NCBI GenBank assembly: GCA_977030845.1
Contig: OZ365114.1
Coordinates: 26,598,001-26,662,000 of the forward strand
Reading direction: 5' to 3'
DNA length: 64,000 bases
From: Fimbriosthenelais zetlandica
Taxonomy: Eukaryota
Under the pieces are notes generated by a model. The model made no database searches, was not told the origin of the DNA, and saw nothing but the letters and a program-made list of their open reading frames with translations. Each line of letters starts with the position of its first letter. Within the stretch, counting starts at the first letter, position 1. The position numbers were made by a program, and so were the translations under genes. Shown here piece after piece: positions 24,011-37,402 of this stretch.

Positions 24011-27000
24011 TAAACAACAAATCATAATGGCGAAAGAAATACTTGGGCCTTTCTACAATCTTCATATATATATAATGTTGTGCTCCTAAAACAACATTAT
24101 TTATAGAATGTCTTACAAAACCTTAGTCATTTTAGTATAATTTTTTTAACAATAATTTAGATCGTTATCTAATTCCTATGTAATAACATAGCTATCCAAT
24201 CGTAAGTAGGAGTGTATTGCCTTGAGGAGCCTATTGTGTTACTCTGGTTGAGTCACATATCGGAGGCACCTTTCTCACACCTAATAAGTCTATCAGACCG
24301 TGGTTAGACCTCCTATAGATCCACTTGGTCCCCTCATCTACCTCCCTCTACATGTACAATTGGTACTGATCTGTCACGTGTTCTCTCTGTCAGCTCTCCA
24401 ACGAGCTCCTTCACCAGCTCAGGGGAGGAGAACAGAAAGGTTTGTTTCCTGATCAGACCAGACATCCATGAAAGACTAACGCAAGGTACATGTTTACACC
24501 TTTAAACAACTCACACAGCTTAAAGGTAAATGTATCAGTTAGTGAAATATATTGTAGAAAACACTTTATATAGATCCGAATACTGGATGAGCATATTTCT
24601 ATTCAATTATGAAAAGGAAACAACTGCAGGTTATTTTCAACAATTTGAGATATTGCATATTAAAATCAGAGGTTTCCATGGAATAAAATATAAAATCTAA
24701 CGACTCCTTTCTATTCAACAAGAGTTGATTATGACTGCCTTTCATAAAAGGAAGTTAAAGGAGTCTAACAATGAACATTAGAGGACTGGCCGTGGCTAAT
24801 TTTTGGCCTCACATTGTTGGAGTGATCTGTATGAATCGGGAGCAGCATGCACGCCCACTACAACCTCTCCTCATCTCTCACATTCCTCCTCCTCTCAACA
24901 AAGCAAACTGCCACTGGATCAATTAGTGCAACAAGTCCCCACAGAAAAATCCCTCAAAAGGAATCCATCAATTGCAATTCCCTCTCTGCTCTTTTGCACA
25001 TGGATAAACATTTCTCATTCCTATCTTTTAGGATGAATGACCACCTCCAAGTATTCACCACTTGGGTCCTTCACACTTTCTACTATCCCAAAAACGAAAA
25101 TCCTCACGGGACGGATTGTACACATTTGTCACCATTTATGATTTATTTTTTCACATGAGACCATTTCCTTATATGATAGCATGTGATTAGGAGGGGGAGA
25201 TTAATATTAAAGATGGACATTAGACCGTGGGATTAATGTGTTTTTATATAAGCCATGCCAGACGCTAATCTGTCTTAACCAATAACTGTGGCAGGGTACG
25301 CCCCTGTGGTCCCGCCCCACGAGCTGCAAAACGTGATGGATGCATCCTGGTGGAAGTTAAAAAACAACATCAGTAGATAGAAAACTGACACAGACATTCT
25401 CATTTCAATGGAGCAGACAGATGGGCAAGTATATGTTATATTCCCACTGTGTTCTATCGATAACAAATGGTTTAGCTTGAAGCTTGGGTGATGGATCATT
25501 GTGACATATTCTCCGACCCGAGGACAACAGGTTTTGAACTACTTAGATATGCTACCCTGAAATATGTTATATGCTAGATTGAACAAGGTGGATGGTGGAG
25601 CCCGATACCGGGACAAAGAGATGATTCATTTGTTTCTAAATGTGTATGCTTTGAAAGTGTTATAGAAAAGTGTCATAAGCGAGACCCTATTCTGACGTTA
25701 TTTATATGATACTGCCTGAAATTGAGACGAGACTGCCTTTTGGATTGTCCCACTCTCTTGCTGAAGGCACTGCATGAAATAAAACTTGACAGTGTCCTTA
25801 CTAATACTTTAAAGATATCTGATCAAAATAGTTATTATTGGCTGAGAAATATGATCATAACATATCTTTCCTCTACTTTCTTCATCAGAGCAATGAGCAC
25901 TGTGTTTTGTTCAGGATGGCCTTGGATCAGGAGATCGGAATTCGAGTCTCATGTGGGCGTTAGATACTGACACAATGAAATTTCATACTTAAGAAATTAA
26001 AGATGAATTGAGATTTTAATGTCAATTTCACATTTCTCCGATGACGCAAGCTCTCATATACTGCTTGAGTTGAGTTGAAAGGGTCAAATGATAGGGCAGC
26101 AGAGATTCAAATTCTTCTCAGCTCACAAGTGTTGGGTACAATCATTACAGAGCAATTACCAGCCTGAGCAATCGAGTATTGCACTAAAAGCGGACTTGCA
26201 TGCCACGGGTATTGTAATTTATTTAGAATAACTGGAATTGCCTCAATCTTTCTCATTTTAGAGGGGTATTGGAGGGCATTAGACCCGGATACCTGGGCTC
26301 ATCAAAGCAGAATAACAAAGCAGATTTAGGAGAAGTATATCAGATTTAGTGTTAAGGAGATGGGCCTGTTGGTTTTGTCAGATGGCCCGACCCTAAGCCA
26401 CCTCTCACGTGGAGAGAAGGGGATTGATTGTCTGTGAGAAAGTCCAATTATCTACCAGCAGCTAATCTACAGGGTGAAGGTATAAGAGATAGGGTCAGAT
26501 TGACTGTAAACAAACCGCTTCTCATCATTATCAGACTTTACATCTCTCATAACCCATGGTATAGGTGCATGACTCTACTTCACAAATACCTAGACATGCA
26601 CTTTTTTGGTAAGATTTTAGTCAATATAAGCATGACTCTCCTAATTTTCCATGAAGTTTTGAACACAAGTCGTTTTGAAAACTTTCAGTAATTCAAAACG
26701 AAATATGATGAGTATTCGGCAATATGGAGATAGATGCATAAGAATAAAACCTGCAGCAAATATGTAGGCTCACATTTATATGAGTCATTCTGAAATGGCA
26801 TATATACGCATCTCTATTTCATTTCACTTCTCCCTGGCAAGTTTAATAGTCAAATACATTCTAATTCTTATAGCATGATCGAAATAGGTTAACTACATAT
26901 AAATATCGAACGACAAGCTGGAATATATATAGCCACCGTTTCAACTTGGTATTTCTATTGCAGTTGACAGTTATTTAGAGTAGATGGAATATTTATGATT

Positions 27001-27263
27001 GATTCTCCATACCATACGTGTAAAATATTCATAACGCGTCCAATATGATCATCCTTGAAAAGTCAGCATAACATTTAAGTGACGCATTTTTGGTTTCCAG
27101 GCACTGGTGTCCATTGTCAACAAAACCATCCTTTTTAGGGTCTTTGTCATTGGAGAAGGGGTTTGGAAAATTCTTAAATTATCTTTTGGTCATGCCGCCA
27201 TTTTTTCAGGATTTGTATTTTTACTGATCAGATTTGCGCTTTTAATGGATTTGTGCGGCACCT

Positions 27264-27331
27264 GGAGCTTGCTTCAGAAAAACCATTAGCAATGGTAAGT
27301 TGATGGGAACATTTTCCGCTGAAACATGCCC
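27264..27331 (+). mobile_element. Harbinger/Tourist-like mini-MITE, copy 1
   Basis: GGAGCTTGCTTCAGAAAAACCATTAGCAATGGTAAG...GCTGAAACATGCCC. Shares the core ATTAGCAATG(C/G)TAAG and degenerate TIRs with the copy at 29691. Confidence 0.75.
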
Positions 27332-27602
27332 ATGGCTTCTTGAAAATATATTGTACGCGCTCCCAGCAACATAATGTCCACTTAGAATTTAAACATTGTA
27401 CAGTCAAATATCTTCACATGACATGAATATCGTCTCATAAATTTAAGGTGAATTGTTTTAATGTAGGGAATCATCGTTGACAAATTGTAATTATATTCTA
27501 TGCTTTCAATCAATCAAAAATCCGTTTTCCAATTTGGGTGGTGGGGAGAATGTTTTTCCTTTATTGACTGCGTACCTGTTTAGTACACGCAAAGCTTTCG
27601 CC

Positions 27603-27616
27603 CCACCAGAGGGGGC
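27603..27616 (+). promoter_or_regulatory. CTCF-like motif
   Basis: CCACCAGAGGGGGC. Confidence 0.35.
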
Positions 27617-28132
27617 AAAATGTGTTCCCGTGCTTCATGATAAACGAGAAGGGCTGTCACGTGAATGAAGTCTCACTTATGACGAGAGTTGCCATGAGAA
27701 CACCAGCAGGCTTACGTCACAGTCTCGTGAGGCTAGGCGTATAACGAGACGGGACGAGAGAACACGAGAGGATGTGCCGAGGGGAGGGGATGGATGGGAA
27801 GATAAGGGGGGAGGGCTGGAGGGTGGACATGCCGGGGGCTTGTAGGGAGACCCTGGGGCAGAGTACTGTACGGATTCACTTTTCGGGAGCTTACAATGGA
27901 CCTGTTGTTCCCAATGACTTTACCAGCATGATTAATATACAGGGCTGTACATGGAACGTTTAACACAGCTCCTCAACAATCAACCTATACTTCATGTACA
28001 GGCAAAACATTCAGTCAAATCAGAATTGGGGTATTAATATAATGAAAGGACAGGTTATGTTGAATGGAACAATATGCATCCAATCTCCAACAAAACAATT
28101 TGGCAAAGGACGCTTCGTAATCAAGACATTTT

Positions 28133-28195
28133 AGAGCCTGTTTCAAATAAATATTTGCCATAGACTTAGCATTGTTAGTCCTTACTAAACAGGTT
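28133..28195 (-). mobile_element. Harbinger/Tourist-like mini-MITE, copy 2
   Basis: Reverse complement CCTGTTT...ACAATGCTAAGTCTATGGCAAATATTTATTTGAAACAGGCTC closely matches 48993-49060. Confidence 0.7.
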
Positions 28196-28951
28196 CATAG
28201 TCACCAAAGTTGTGAATATTCTTCAATACTCGCAAAGACCATCTCCTGTACTTCCATACACTAATACCAACGTGCAATGTTCTTCCTAGTTAATATGACT
28301 ATACTGGGTACTCAAGGAGATGAGATATTGTTCAGGTACCAAAAAACATCATCTAATTCCATCCATTGCGCCTGTCTGGCCTTCATCTGTATGGTCGAGG
28401 CACGCATCTAGCATACACATCACAGGTTAAAGGTGGAATGGTCAGTGGCTATGGGCAGCACCTTTTGCTGACCGGTAGGTGTATATAATATGACGAGCAT
28501 TTGTATGACCACAGCTACTGCCGACTACTCTAGTGGAAATAGCTGACCGCTCCTCCAGACACAGCCACGTATCTGTCTGTATAAGTATAGACAGACTTTG
28601 GGTGATTTTCCCTTTCACATTACCTAAATATTGGTTGAGAATCTTTCAATATTAAAGTTTCATTCATGTTTTCTTCGGAACCTGTCTTAGCTCTAGGATT
28701 ATTATGTAGGCAGGAAACCAAATTGTCAAGTATAAAATTAATGTCCACCCAAACGGTTTGCTATACATCATCTATGCATCAACAGGCATTGAGCCCTGAA
28801 CAGCGGTCAATGAATTGATTCCTGAAGGTCATCGACCTCGACCTATTAGATTGATGCTTATCAGACATTGTAAGCCCGTGTAATATAGATTGAGGCTCAC
28901 AAAAGGTGAACAAATTATAATCCATCTACATATGAAAAAGGTCAATGTTCT

Positions 28952-29005
28952 GGGGCCTGTTTCACATAAACTTGGCATTGCTAATCGTTGTTCTGAAACA
29001 GACCC
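28952..29005 (-). mobile_element. Harbinger/Tourist-like mini-MITE, copy 3 (internally deleted)
   Basis: TIRs GGGGCCTGTTTCA...TGAAACAGACCC and core GCATTGCTAATCGTTGTTC. CTG lies at both junctions. Confidence 0.8.
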
Positions 29006-29132
29006 TGCATTTTCCTGCCACCAGGCCGTCCAGTCCTAGCACTTTCCTCTCACTGCTTAGTTCCAAGCGAGGGAGCAACGATTACCATTTTTAAGTCTTT
29101 GGCTTGGCCAGGCCTCGGTTCGAACTGGCGCA
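29005..29132 (-). mobile_element. MetaSINE-like tRNA-derived SINE fragment
   Basis: The minus strand reads B-box GTTCGAACC, then CCAAAGACTTAAAAATGGTAATCGTTGCTCCCTCGCTTGG...AGAGGAAAGTGCTAGGACTGG. This matches my recalled consensus of the animal MetaSINE central domain. Confidence 0.75.
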
Positions 29133-29690
29133 TAAATGACCCAACATTATATCTCTTACATTATGCATTCATACAGACAGCTTTTTATACGAAAGTAGCA
29201 CACATTCCGACTGATACCTTTCAATACCAATATAAGATGATATTTGGGCTGAGGGAGGCCTATAGAAGGATGGGAGGGAGATAAAGCATTGTGAGTATGG
29301 CATGAGTAATGTGTGTAAAGTGTGGACATTTCCCTGGCCTCTAGCCACCCTCAGATACACGTGTGTTGAAGGTGTAATTGCTCCTCTCATCAAGTTACTA
29401 GGCAAATAAAACATCCCCATAACTCATAGCAACAACCAGGCTATTTCAGGCTCCCAATCTATAAATACAGTTCAGCATTAAACAATATGAAAACCCCAGA
29501 GTAACGTTTCATTCTCTGGATATTCAATACTAGGTCAAATGTTTATGGAAAGGAAAAGCGTTGCTATATCAAACTCATATTACATTTTTTGAATATATGA
29601 TACTTTTGTTTAGTTAGTTAACTTAAAATCATAAGTTAGAAAGCTTTAACATGTATTTTTTCGTTCCCAGATGATCTCCCAAAGAGTCTA

Positions 29691-29759
29691 GGGGCCTGTT
29701 TCAGAACAACCATTAGCAATGCTAAGTGTATGGGAAATTTTCACGCTGAAATGGGTCCC
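29691..29759 (+). mobile_element. Harbinger/Tourist-like mini-MITE, copy 4
   Basis: GGGGCCTGTTTCAGAACAACCATTAGCAATGCTAAGTGTATGGGAAATTTTCACGCTGAAATGGGTCCC. The best-preserved copy. Confidence 0.8.
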
Positions 29760-30770
29760 TGCAAATGGGTCTCAATACACTAATTTCCACCGAGTTTTCT
29801 CACTCTCACTGTAGCAAGCAATTACACATCAAGGGACTGAATCCACCTGCAATGGGATTTCAAGAAGATGGTGAAACAATAAGCTGTCGTTGTAAGTACG
29901 ATGTAATGGTTATATATGATGGGGACAGGTGTCGATGGTGCTTTAAGGTGCAAACCCATACTCTCACCTCCAGACTGCACCCACAGGGTCAGGATCAGGG
30001 TCAAGGAAAGCCTTCTTCATCATAATGAAGGTTATACCACTGATGCTTGGTAAGATTTATTACTCTCTTAAGTCCATATAATCTGGACTTAAACAAGGCG
30101 TTGGCTTATGTTTACCTGAATGTATTATTAATGTGTCTCAACCAAAACACTGGGTCTGAGGCGTTTGCTAGTAGTAAATAAACAGGATTTTAGGATCAAT
30201 ATGTCTGACTTTGGTAATCGATGCCACTGAAAATATTTACCAATTTAGCATATCGCTATCTCACACACGGTCCTGGGGAAAATCCCCATCTAGTGAGTTA
30301 TTTTTAACTTCTAATTGACATCACGTGATACTAAAGGTGAAGGTCGTCCTCCAGGTAAACCCCGATATAAACTCTGAGAAGATTGAGGTGAAAATAAAAC
30401 AGAGAGTGGAGACCAAAACAGAACCACGTGTGTGGAGGGTATAAAGCTTGCCATGGGTGGCAGGAGAGCCGGGTAATTCATGGTGTATAATGCCACCCCG
30501 GGCAGTCCCACTGTTACATTGCTACTCCCCGCTTATATATATACTCAATATTAAATCTTAGGCCCGGGCTTAGACCTGCTGTTCAATTTGTCCCATCTCT
30601 GCAAGTTTATAACCACCTTTTTGTCTCTATGATCATAAAAAAATCTTGTAATGTACATGTACATTTTAGCTTTGAGTATTTGAGCTCAAAGCGCCTAATT
30701 ATTTATTGTCAGACATAAGTTGTGAACCCAAATGTTAAGATCAGATGCTCATAATAACAACAGACCACCA

Positions 30771-30783
30771 TGCCCCCTGGTGG
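30771..30783 (-). promoter_or_regulatory. CTCF-like motif
   Basis: The minus strand reads CCACCAGGGGGCA, essentially the CTCF core. Confidence 0.45.
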
Positions 30784-32494
30784 TGTGATGGAGACTCATT
30801 ATGCAAATAAAAGAAAAAAATCAGAGCACACTATAAAACATAGCTGTTTCATCCCTTTCCTGCCAGTTGTGAGTTCTTCATATAATGTTACGACTGAGCA
30901 CCGTTGTTGCTATTCTTTAGTAGCCTACTTACGAAGTATTTCGCAGAGTTTCTAAAAGTAAGTATGATTCGAATGATGTCCTTCAGCATGGATGGATTAT
31001 GTCAGCTGCTTAGGCTATATCTTTGAGAACATAGACCATGACTTATTCCCGTTGTTCAATGGCCACCATTGATCTCTCTGACCACCTTGTCCTTGGGGAC
31101 TGCGCTCAACAGTAGAAGCCTGTCGAAAAGATTTTTGAGGTATGCATTCCACTATTATCCTACTATTAATTTTGAGCAATTTTTGCAATGTGAAGTTTTG
31201 CAATGTTGAACACAGACCTGTGTAAGTGCTGTGTAGCTTGAGCTATTGGTCCCAGCTTACGGCAGTCCCAAATTCCCTTTCATCTGACGCTCTCTATGTC
31301 GCTGGTTGCTATCCCAGGGCCATGGATACCCCAAGTAATCACTGGTGAAATGCCAATTGTGCAACAAATGTTTGAGGCTCATTTGTGAGTGATTGGCACC
31401 CCAGGGTTTGTAACAGGGACGGTGGGTGTTGAGGGCACTAGACTGAATAAGATATCTGAAGCATTTCCTCCTAAACATTTCCATGATTATTCATACAATA
31501 ATGCCCTCAAAGAGGAATTTTGTTCAATCATACATGCAAAGGAAAAGAAATTGGGGGAAAATGAATGGGGGAAATGCAGAGTAAATCAGCAAAGTTTGCA
31601 AGTATTTTCTGCAGTCTTCCATGTACATGCACTAAAATGATGCCCTTCAAAACAAATATTCTTCAACCATATTGAAAGGCTAAACTTCAATTTTCGATAC
31701 TGATTTAAGATAGCGAAATGTCATGGCAGTGTCGCATTGCATGCTATTTATCAACAATGCACCGAAGAAGCAGAAAACAGGGGTCAAGTTGCAAGCAAAG
31801 TTTTCAACACTCTGGTAATTTGCCAGGAATGATCATTGCTTCTAACTAGAAGTAACCAGGCATATCGCCACATGGGATGAATTAGCCAGCTTCTAATGGC
31901 CTCATAATATTCCTGGTATCTCTGGTCGAGCTTTGTTTGTGAAGAGACACATCTATTTGACATGTATATTGTGCCCGAGAGGGAAAAATATAGAACGATC
32001 AGCAAGGTGGCCTGTCACGTATTTCATAGTCAGTCCCAATGAAAGTGGTCCCAGGGAAGATGGCAATGTAAAAAACGACCAGCTTGGCTGCTGGTTTGGA
32101 GATATGAGGAACGATAATGAAAAGTGCTGGTTTATATGCGAGAAATGGCAATGGATGCTTAGTGTTCTTTAGTGGTTTTTAACAAGGCATATCTACCACA
32201 TAGGGTGAAATATGGGTAATGGGTGATAGACTAGGCAGATGACTTACTAAGCATTTAATGCTACCTGGCAGTTTCATGTATTGAAAGTTCATATGGGGAC
32301 AATATAAGTACCAATTAATTGCGTGAGATAAGTTTGAAAATGTCATGAAGATGATGGAAAAACCATGTTGTAAGCAAACCATTAGTAATGCTTAATGGAA
32401 TGAGCAACAGATAATAGTGCGACCAAATGTGGCTGATGATTGGTTTAAACGTTAACCCATACTTACATGTCAACGGAGGGTCCAATCAACATCG

Positions 32495-32773
32495 ATGGCA
32501 ACCCTGAAGAGAGAAAGAGAAACATACATTGACAAAAAGTGTGAGGACAATAAAAGGCAAACACATCAGGAAGGGGGCTTTCACTCAGATATACTGATAC
32601 CATATATTCATACCACTGATTCAATGGATTTGCGGAATGTTGAAATCAATCAATTGAATAAAGGGGCTGTTATACAAGAAATGATGAGGCTGAAAAGGAG
32701 CAACCACTGCCTTGGTATTGCCTTATACAGGCTGTATAAATCCATTCTCTATGGCATCATTGGTGGGGGATGA
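32495..32773 (+). mobile_element. Possible decayed LINE pre-RT region
   Basis: The ORF contains KRERETYIDKKCED (like RTE RRDK..Y....C.E) and AVIQEMMRLKRSNHCLGI (like EV..A+..LK..KA.G.DGI). Confidence 0.35.
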
Positions 32774-33689
32774 ATTATAGAGGCGCTAAATATATATCCA
32801 TGTAAATGGAGGAGCGTGATGAATTGGTAGTGAATGGGGCTCCATTTGTCTTTGTCAGAAATACCCCCAAAGTTCTCCAGCTAAACGCTGGGTGTCTCTG
32901 CGTGTAGCGTGGACACCCAGGGGTATATGGTTGGCTGGAATGATTGATAGGGCCGAGAATTCAAGACATACTCTTACTTCAACCACTCCCCATAGATGCC
33001 TCCGTTGAACTAACACTTAAAGGCTTTTATTTAAAGCTGCAGCAGAGGACTTTCGGACCAGAGCTCGCTCTCTTGTTTCTATATTGTTTACTCATTTGTT
33101 TAGTTAGCATTTCACATACAATAACAGGATGAATTGAAATTTTACTCAACAAATATTCGATTTGAAATATGAGTTGGGAAGAATTGTCTCTGAAATCTCT
33201 CTGAATCAGGATTTTGGAAAGGTTAAATGTCAGGAAATGAAGTATTGCAGGTCGCCATGGATTTCCTTAATGATTAATGATATAAAAGCGATCTATCTTA
33301 GTTCGTGCATTAAGAGGAAAATAATCAATTCGAGTAAAATATCATTGCAAGGACGTAAACAAGTACGTGTTTATCCACTAAACTCATCGTAAACACATCC
33401 TTGTTAGATTGCAAGAAGCTTGCATGACAAACACTATTAAAACCATTTCTACCGGATATTCTAATAGGATATGTTTTTGGGGAAAAATAAAAAGATTACA
33501 AGACCATCCTTAGTCTGAATACACTAACCTCCATAGGGTGGTACTTTGTTTAAAATCATTAGGTTTAATAAGCTGCTCCAAGCTGGGTTATCACACATAT
33601 GTTCACCATTAAATACATCCTGTAAGGTTTCACTATAAAACTATAAAAAAAGTCAGTTAATGTTGGGATGTCGGCTATTTTCCTGTCAT

Positions 33690-34160
33690 ATTCCTCTGTG
33701 ATTAGATAATTCCCAGTTCTGAGCTCATGAGAGCTGGCATATCGGACCAGTTCCAGCAACACAGAGCACTGCACGAAAGAAGGTTCATACTGCATGGAGG
33801 GAGGTGTCAACTCGCCACTTGAGGCTGTCAGATTGCAATGGTCGGCTTAGAGTGGTTACAACAGCTTCACAAAGGGTCTATATGGACCGATGATTGTTTT
33901 ATTGACACCAACAAGTTCCTGGTCTCTGTCTCAGTATGGGGAGAGCCATGTTCAAGGAAATAAAGAACGAAATATAACACTACGTTAAAACCATTCTGAG
34001 TGCCGGGAGTTACATTAGTGAAGGGCAACAGTTTTTACAATGTACTCTTAATGTAGGTAGTCAATAGAATGATGATTATAAGTCTTTAAAAGGTATTAGA
34101 TCTGACATTCTTTATGTTCCCTGAATAACTCCATGATATAGAAGATCCTCTTAAATAAGA
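33690..34160 (+). mobile_element. Decayed ISL2EU/Harbinger-like transposase fragment
   Basis: ELAYR at 33731, then in one frame from 33901: FIDTNKFLV, KYNTTLK, VLDL and DIEDPL. The order matches recalled DLAYRF, IIDCTE, YK..NT.K, LDLL and DIEDLL. One frameshift and several stops. Confidence 0.45.
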
Positions 34161-36697
34161 TACCAATAAAAAAACTATAGGTTTTTGATGAGTTACAATT
34201 ATGTCAGACTTGCATGGGCATATATTTTTAATGCAAAAAGCTGCACCCCTCAAAGTAAGGGGAATATAGAGAAGGGTGAAGAATCAGACCATTTTATTAT
34301 CAATATTCAGGAGCAGTAATATGTTAATATAAGAATAAGGAAAAAATGACAAGTGAAGCGCTTTGCCTGCATGTCATGCATGGAAGGATTCATGTTAATG
34401 CCAGTATACGAGTAAAAAGATTAGATCCATCATGAAGCATAGAGGAGTAAACCCCAGCAGAGCGATCAGGTCGGTTCCTCAGTCTGGTCACAAGTCCGCA
34501 ATGAAAGAAGGAGATGTGACTCAACTACAGTCTGTCCGTCTCCTGCCCACAACAGGTGGCCATGTTTGCCAGGCCTGCATATGGCATTCGTCTGCATTGT
34601 GTATACATACAGGTAGCGAGGGGAACATATTGTACACTCTAAAACAAGAGAGCTGTACTTCCAACCAACAGAGCTGTCTTACAGTAACAGGAGAAAACGG
34701 TCATGTTCTTCCTCTGATTGCAATTCTTGCAAGGAGAAGGTTTTCCCACCTGAGGAAAAAATGTCCCAAAAAGTGAAATTCAATCGGTTTTTACACTTTA
34801 AAAGCCGGTAGCCAAACTTCATCGATGACTTTCAGTGACAGTGACTGACAGAAGACAACTTTTCTATCCTTCTCCTTATTGCATGTGCACGGAAGTGTTC
34901 TGTACATTTCTGCTGGGGGACGCAGAGAAAATATCCCCCAAACTGAAATATTATCAGATTTTGTTAATAGTGTAGGAGGAGGGAGATGCTGGCATGAATA
35001 CAGGACGTCCTATGAACTACATCACTGTCATACATGTATTCACTGAGATGGCAAGCAGGCCTGGTAGATTTATAGCCGGGATAAGTCATGCATTATGTAT
35101 AGGTGAGCATGTCATGAGTATTAATGAAGACCTACCACCCAATGATCATTACTACTAACAGTCACACTGATTTCAGACCACAAAATAACACATGGATGAC
35201 CCTCTGCTATTGTGAGTTGTGACCCAATGACACTCTAGTTTGTTCTAGCCCTTTTCCTGAGACAGTTCTGTATTGCAATGATTGAAAGCTGAAGTCTATC
35301 AGAAGCTCTTTTCTACTGAGATCTGCATCTGTCCATGGCTGTCCATTAGTCATGTATTTTATTAGGCCTCCATGGCAATTCAGACGTCAGATGGGAAGTG
35401 TTTACTATACAAAACCACGATACAATGATGTTCTCCCTGCCTTGTTGCGCATGTCTGAACTATAACAGGATAAAGACAAAAACGTCATTATGTATGTGTT
35501 CATCATGTCCGCTGATGCATTGTACCATTGAGAAATGGACACAGCGTCCCATGTGAGTGATACTAGAGCATTTATCACCCCAGAGGTGGTGATGAAAATA
35601 TGGATCACCTCAGAGGAGAAACACTGGCTTGTCCTATAAAACATGAATCACCATCTGCTGTGCTCTGTGTGTTCAACATATTTTTTGATATCTTTATAAG
35701 CACGGGTAAAGTTCGCCATGTATCATAGACTCAGCTGTCACTGGCCAGTGTATGAGAGAGAGAAACATTCTTAGATGTGAGAAAAGTGCCCTTCTATACA
35801 GACAGAGGTGGATTTTATTAATGCTTTGTAGACTGTGATGATGATAAATTGTGGACTGATGCTGGCGTATCCATCTGATAGCTTTATATCAGGTGGTGGT
35901 AAAGCTTGCGTGGAAGAATCGTACCATCTGCTGTCACTTTGGAGCGGGCTAATACTAATCGAAATTAGAACCTGACAACATATGAATTATCCCTTTACAA
36001 TTAATTGTTTTAATTTGTAGGTCTACACCACAGCTAATATTAGACGCATTATACTATATTGCAAGGGGATGAATCTATGAGAGCAATATAGAAATTAACT
36101 ACATTCATCTAACTGCTAACAGTTTTGCCAAAGCCTTGCCAAAGGTATATTGAATCTTGCACACAACCCCCATCCTCCCAGCAAAAGCTCAGGTGTCCTT
36201 ATGCATTAATATATATATTGAATATATGTTGATGATAAAAATAAAGAGGGGTTATTCTGGTGATGGATGCTTGGAAGGTCTCTTTCATCATGTTCTCAAG
36301 GTTAGAAACAATGGTAAAAAGTGGTCGTACCACCCAGTGCCACGGGAGGAGACAAGGATGAATTAACCTCTAAACCATCATGGTGGGCGTTTAAGATTCA
36401 CTCTCATCAAAGGCCATCTCAAAATGTCATCTCATACTACCCAGCTATAAAACCACCATAACTTATAATCAGCAAGCTTGTACGCAGGCTTCAGCATGGA
36501 GTATATAAATATTATAATATACTGTAAATTCCATAGACGCACATAGATCAAAGGGTGGTTCAAAGGTATAGAGAACAAGGTTAGGTTAAGCACAGAAAAG
36601 GTTGATGTTTAAATCACCTTTACAATAGGTAGAAATAAGTGTAACCAGTGTAAGTACCACAAGTTTATATTATGATTCTAAATATAATATTAGGAAG

Positions 36698-36860
36698 GAA
36701 CAGCTGGAAGATAGGTACGTGGCTCAGTACTATTATAAGGACACTTTTGAGTCACCGAAGAACACCTGAGATTTGAGCGGGAAGATGTGTTGTATCTGAA
36801 CAGGTGCAAAGGGCTGGTCGCTTTTAATCTCCAGGGTTGAGGAAGATTTATCAAACTCTG
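36698..36860 (+). pseudogene. Possible frameshifted SH3-like relic
   Basis: KEQLEDRYVAQYYYKDTF, then shifted EEHLRFEREDVLYL, then shifted GW. Resembles SH3 YVALYDY...ELSF..GD+L.+...GWW but needs two frameshifts. Confidence 0.25.
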
Positions 36861-36910
36861 AGGGAAAGCTCAGAATGTATGAAAGAGATGGTGTTGGGAT
36901 TACAGTGAAG
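36835..36910 (+). CDS. Candidate internal exon of an unidentified gene
   Basis: Acceptor CTTTTAATCTCCAG, donor AAG|GTATGC and open frame VEEDLSNSEGKLRMYERDGVGITVK. No homologue recognised. Confidence 0.25.
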
Positions 36911-37366
36911 GTATGCTAAAAAAAACGGCTTAAAATGCGAACGAAATTTTAAAATAACAGGTACTGAACTTCAGCAGAACCCGCTAACTTTTCTAAACTT
37001 TTAAAGAGTTTTTTTCAAACAATGGCTTAAAAATGTTCATAGGTTTGGATTTTTCATGAAACAGACGAACCCCGCATGAGCAGAACTGGCATTGTGCCAA
37101 AGATTCACAATCGGGCATGTAGTTTCCTAGTTCAACTCGACATCAAGTTTTATCTATTTACCATCAGCCTACGCCAGTGTTCAATCACTTTTAAAATCAA
37201 GGTAACTTAACCCTCAGTCAGAATGTGGTGAAATACACAGAGTTTGAGCCAGTTCTGATAGGTCCCTGGATGGAAACCTGGAAACAAAGTAGTAGAGACG
37301 GTTATGTTACCATCCAGAAGTGCTGTCTTCTGTAATTTGGGTTAGTGAAAGGCGGATTTTGAGCTT

Positions 37367-37402
37367 ACTCTTTAAGTTGTGAGCGCCACTTGAGTAGCGA
37401 GG
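37367..37402 (-). mobile_element. Possible second MetaSINE-domain remnant
   Basis: Minus strand CCTCGCT...TGGCGCTCACAACTTAAAGAGT resembles recalled CCTCGCTTGGCGCTCAGCACTTAAAG. Short. Confidence 0.3.

Noticed and set aside
35420-35700. RIP-like C-to-T mutation as the source of stops
   Set aside because: Any stop codon is one C-to-T change from CAA/CAG/CGA, so the pattern is uninformative without a consensus alignment or RIP index, which I cannot compute.
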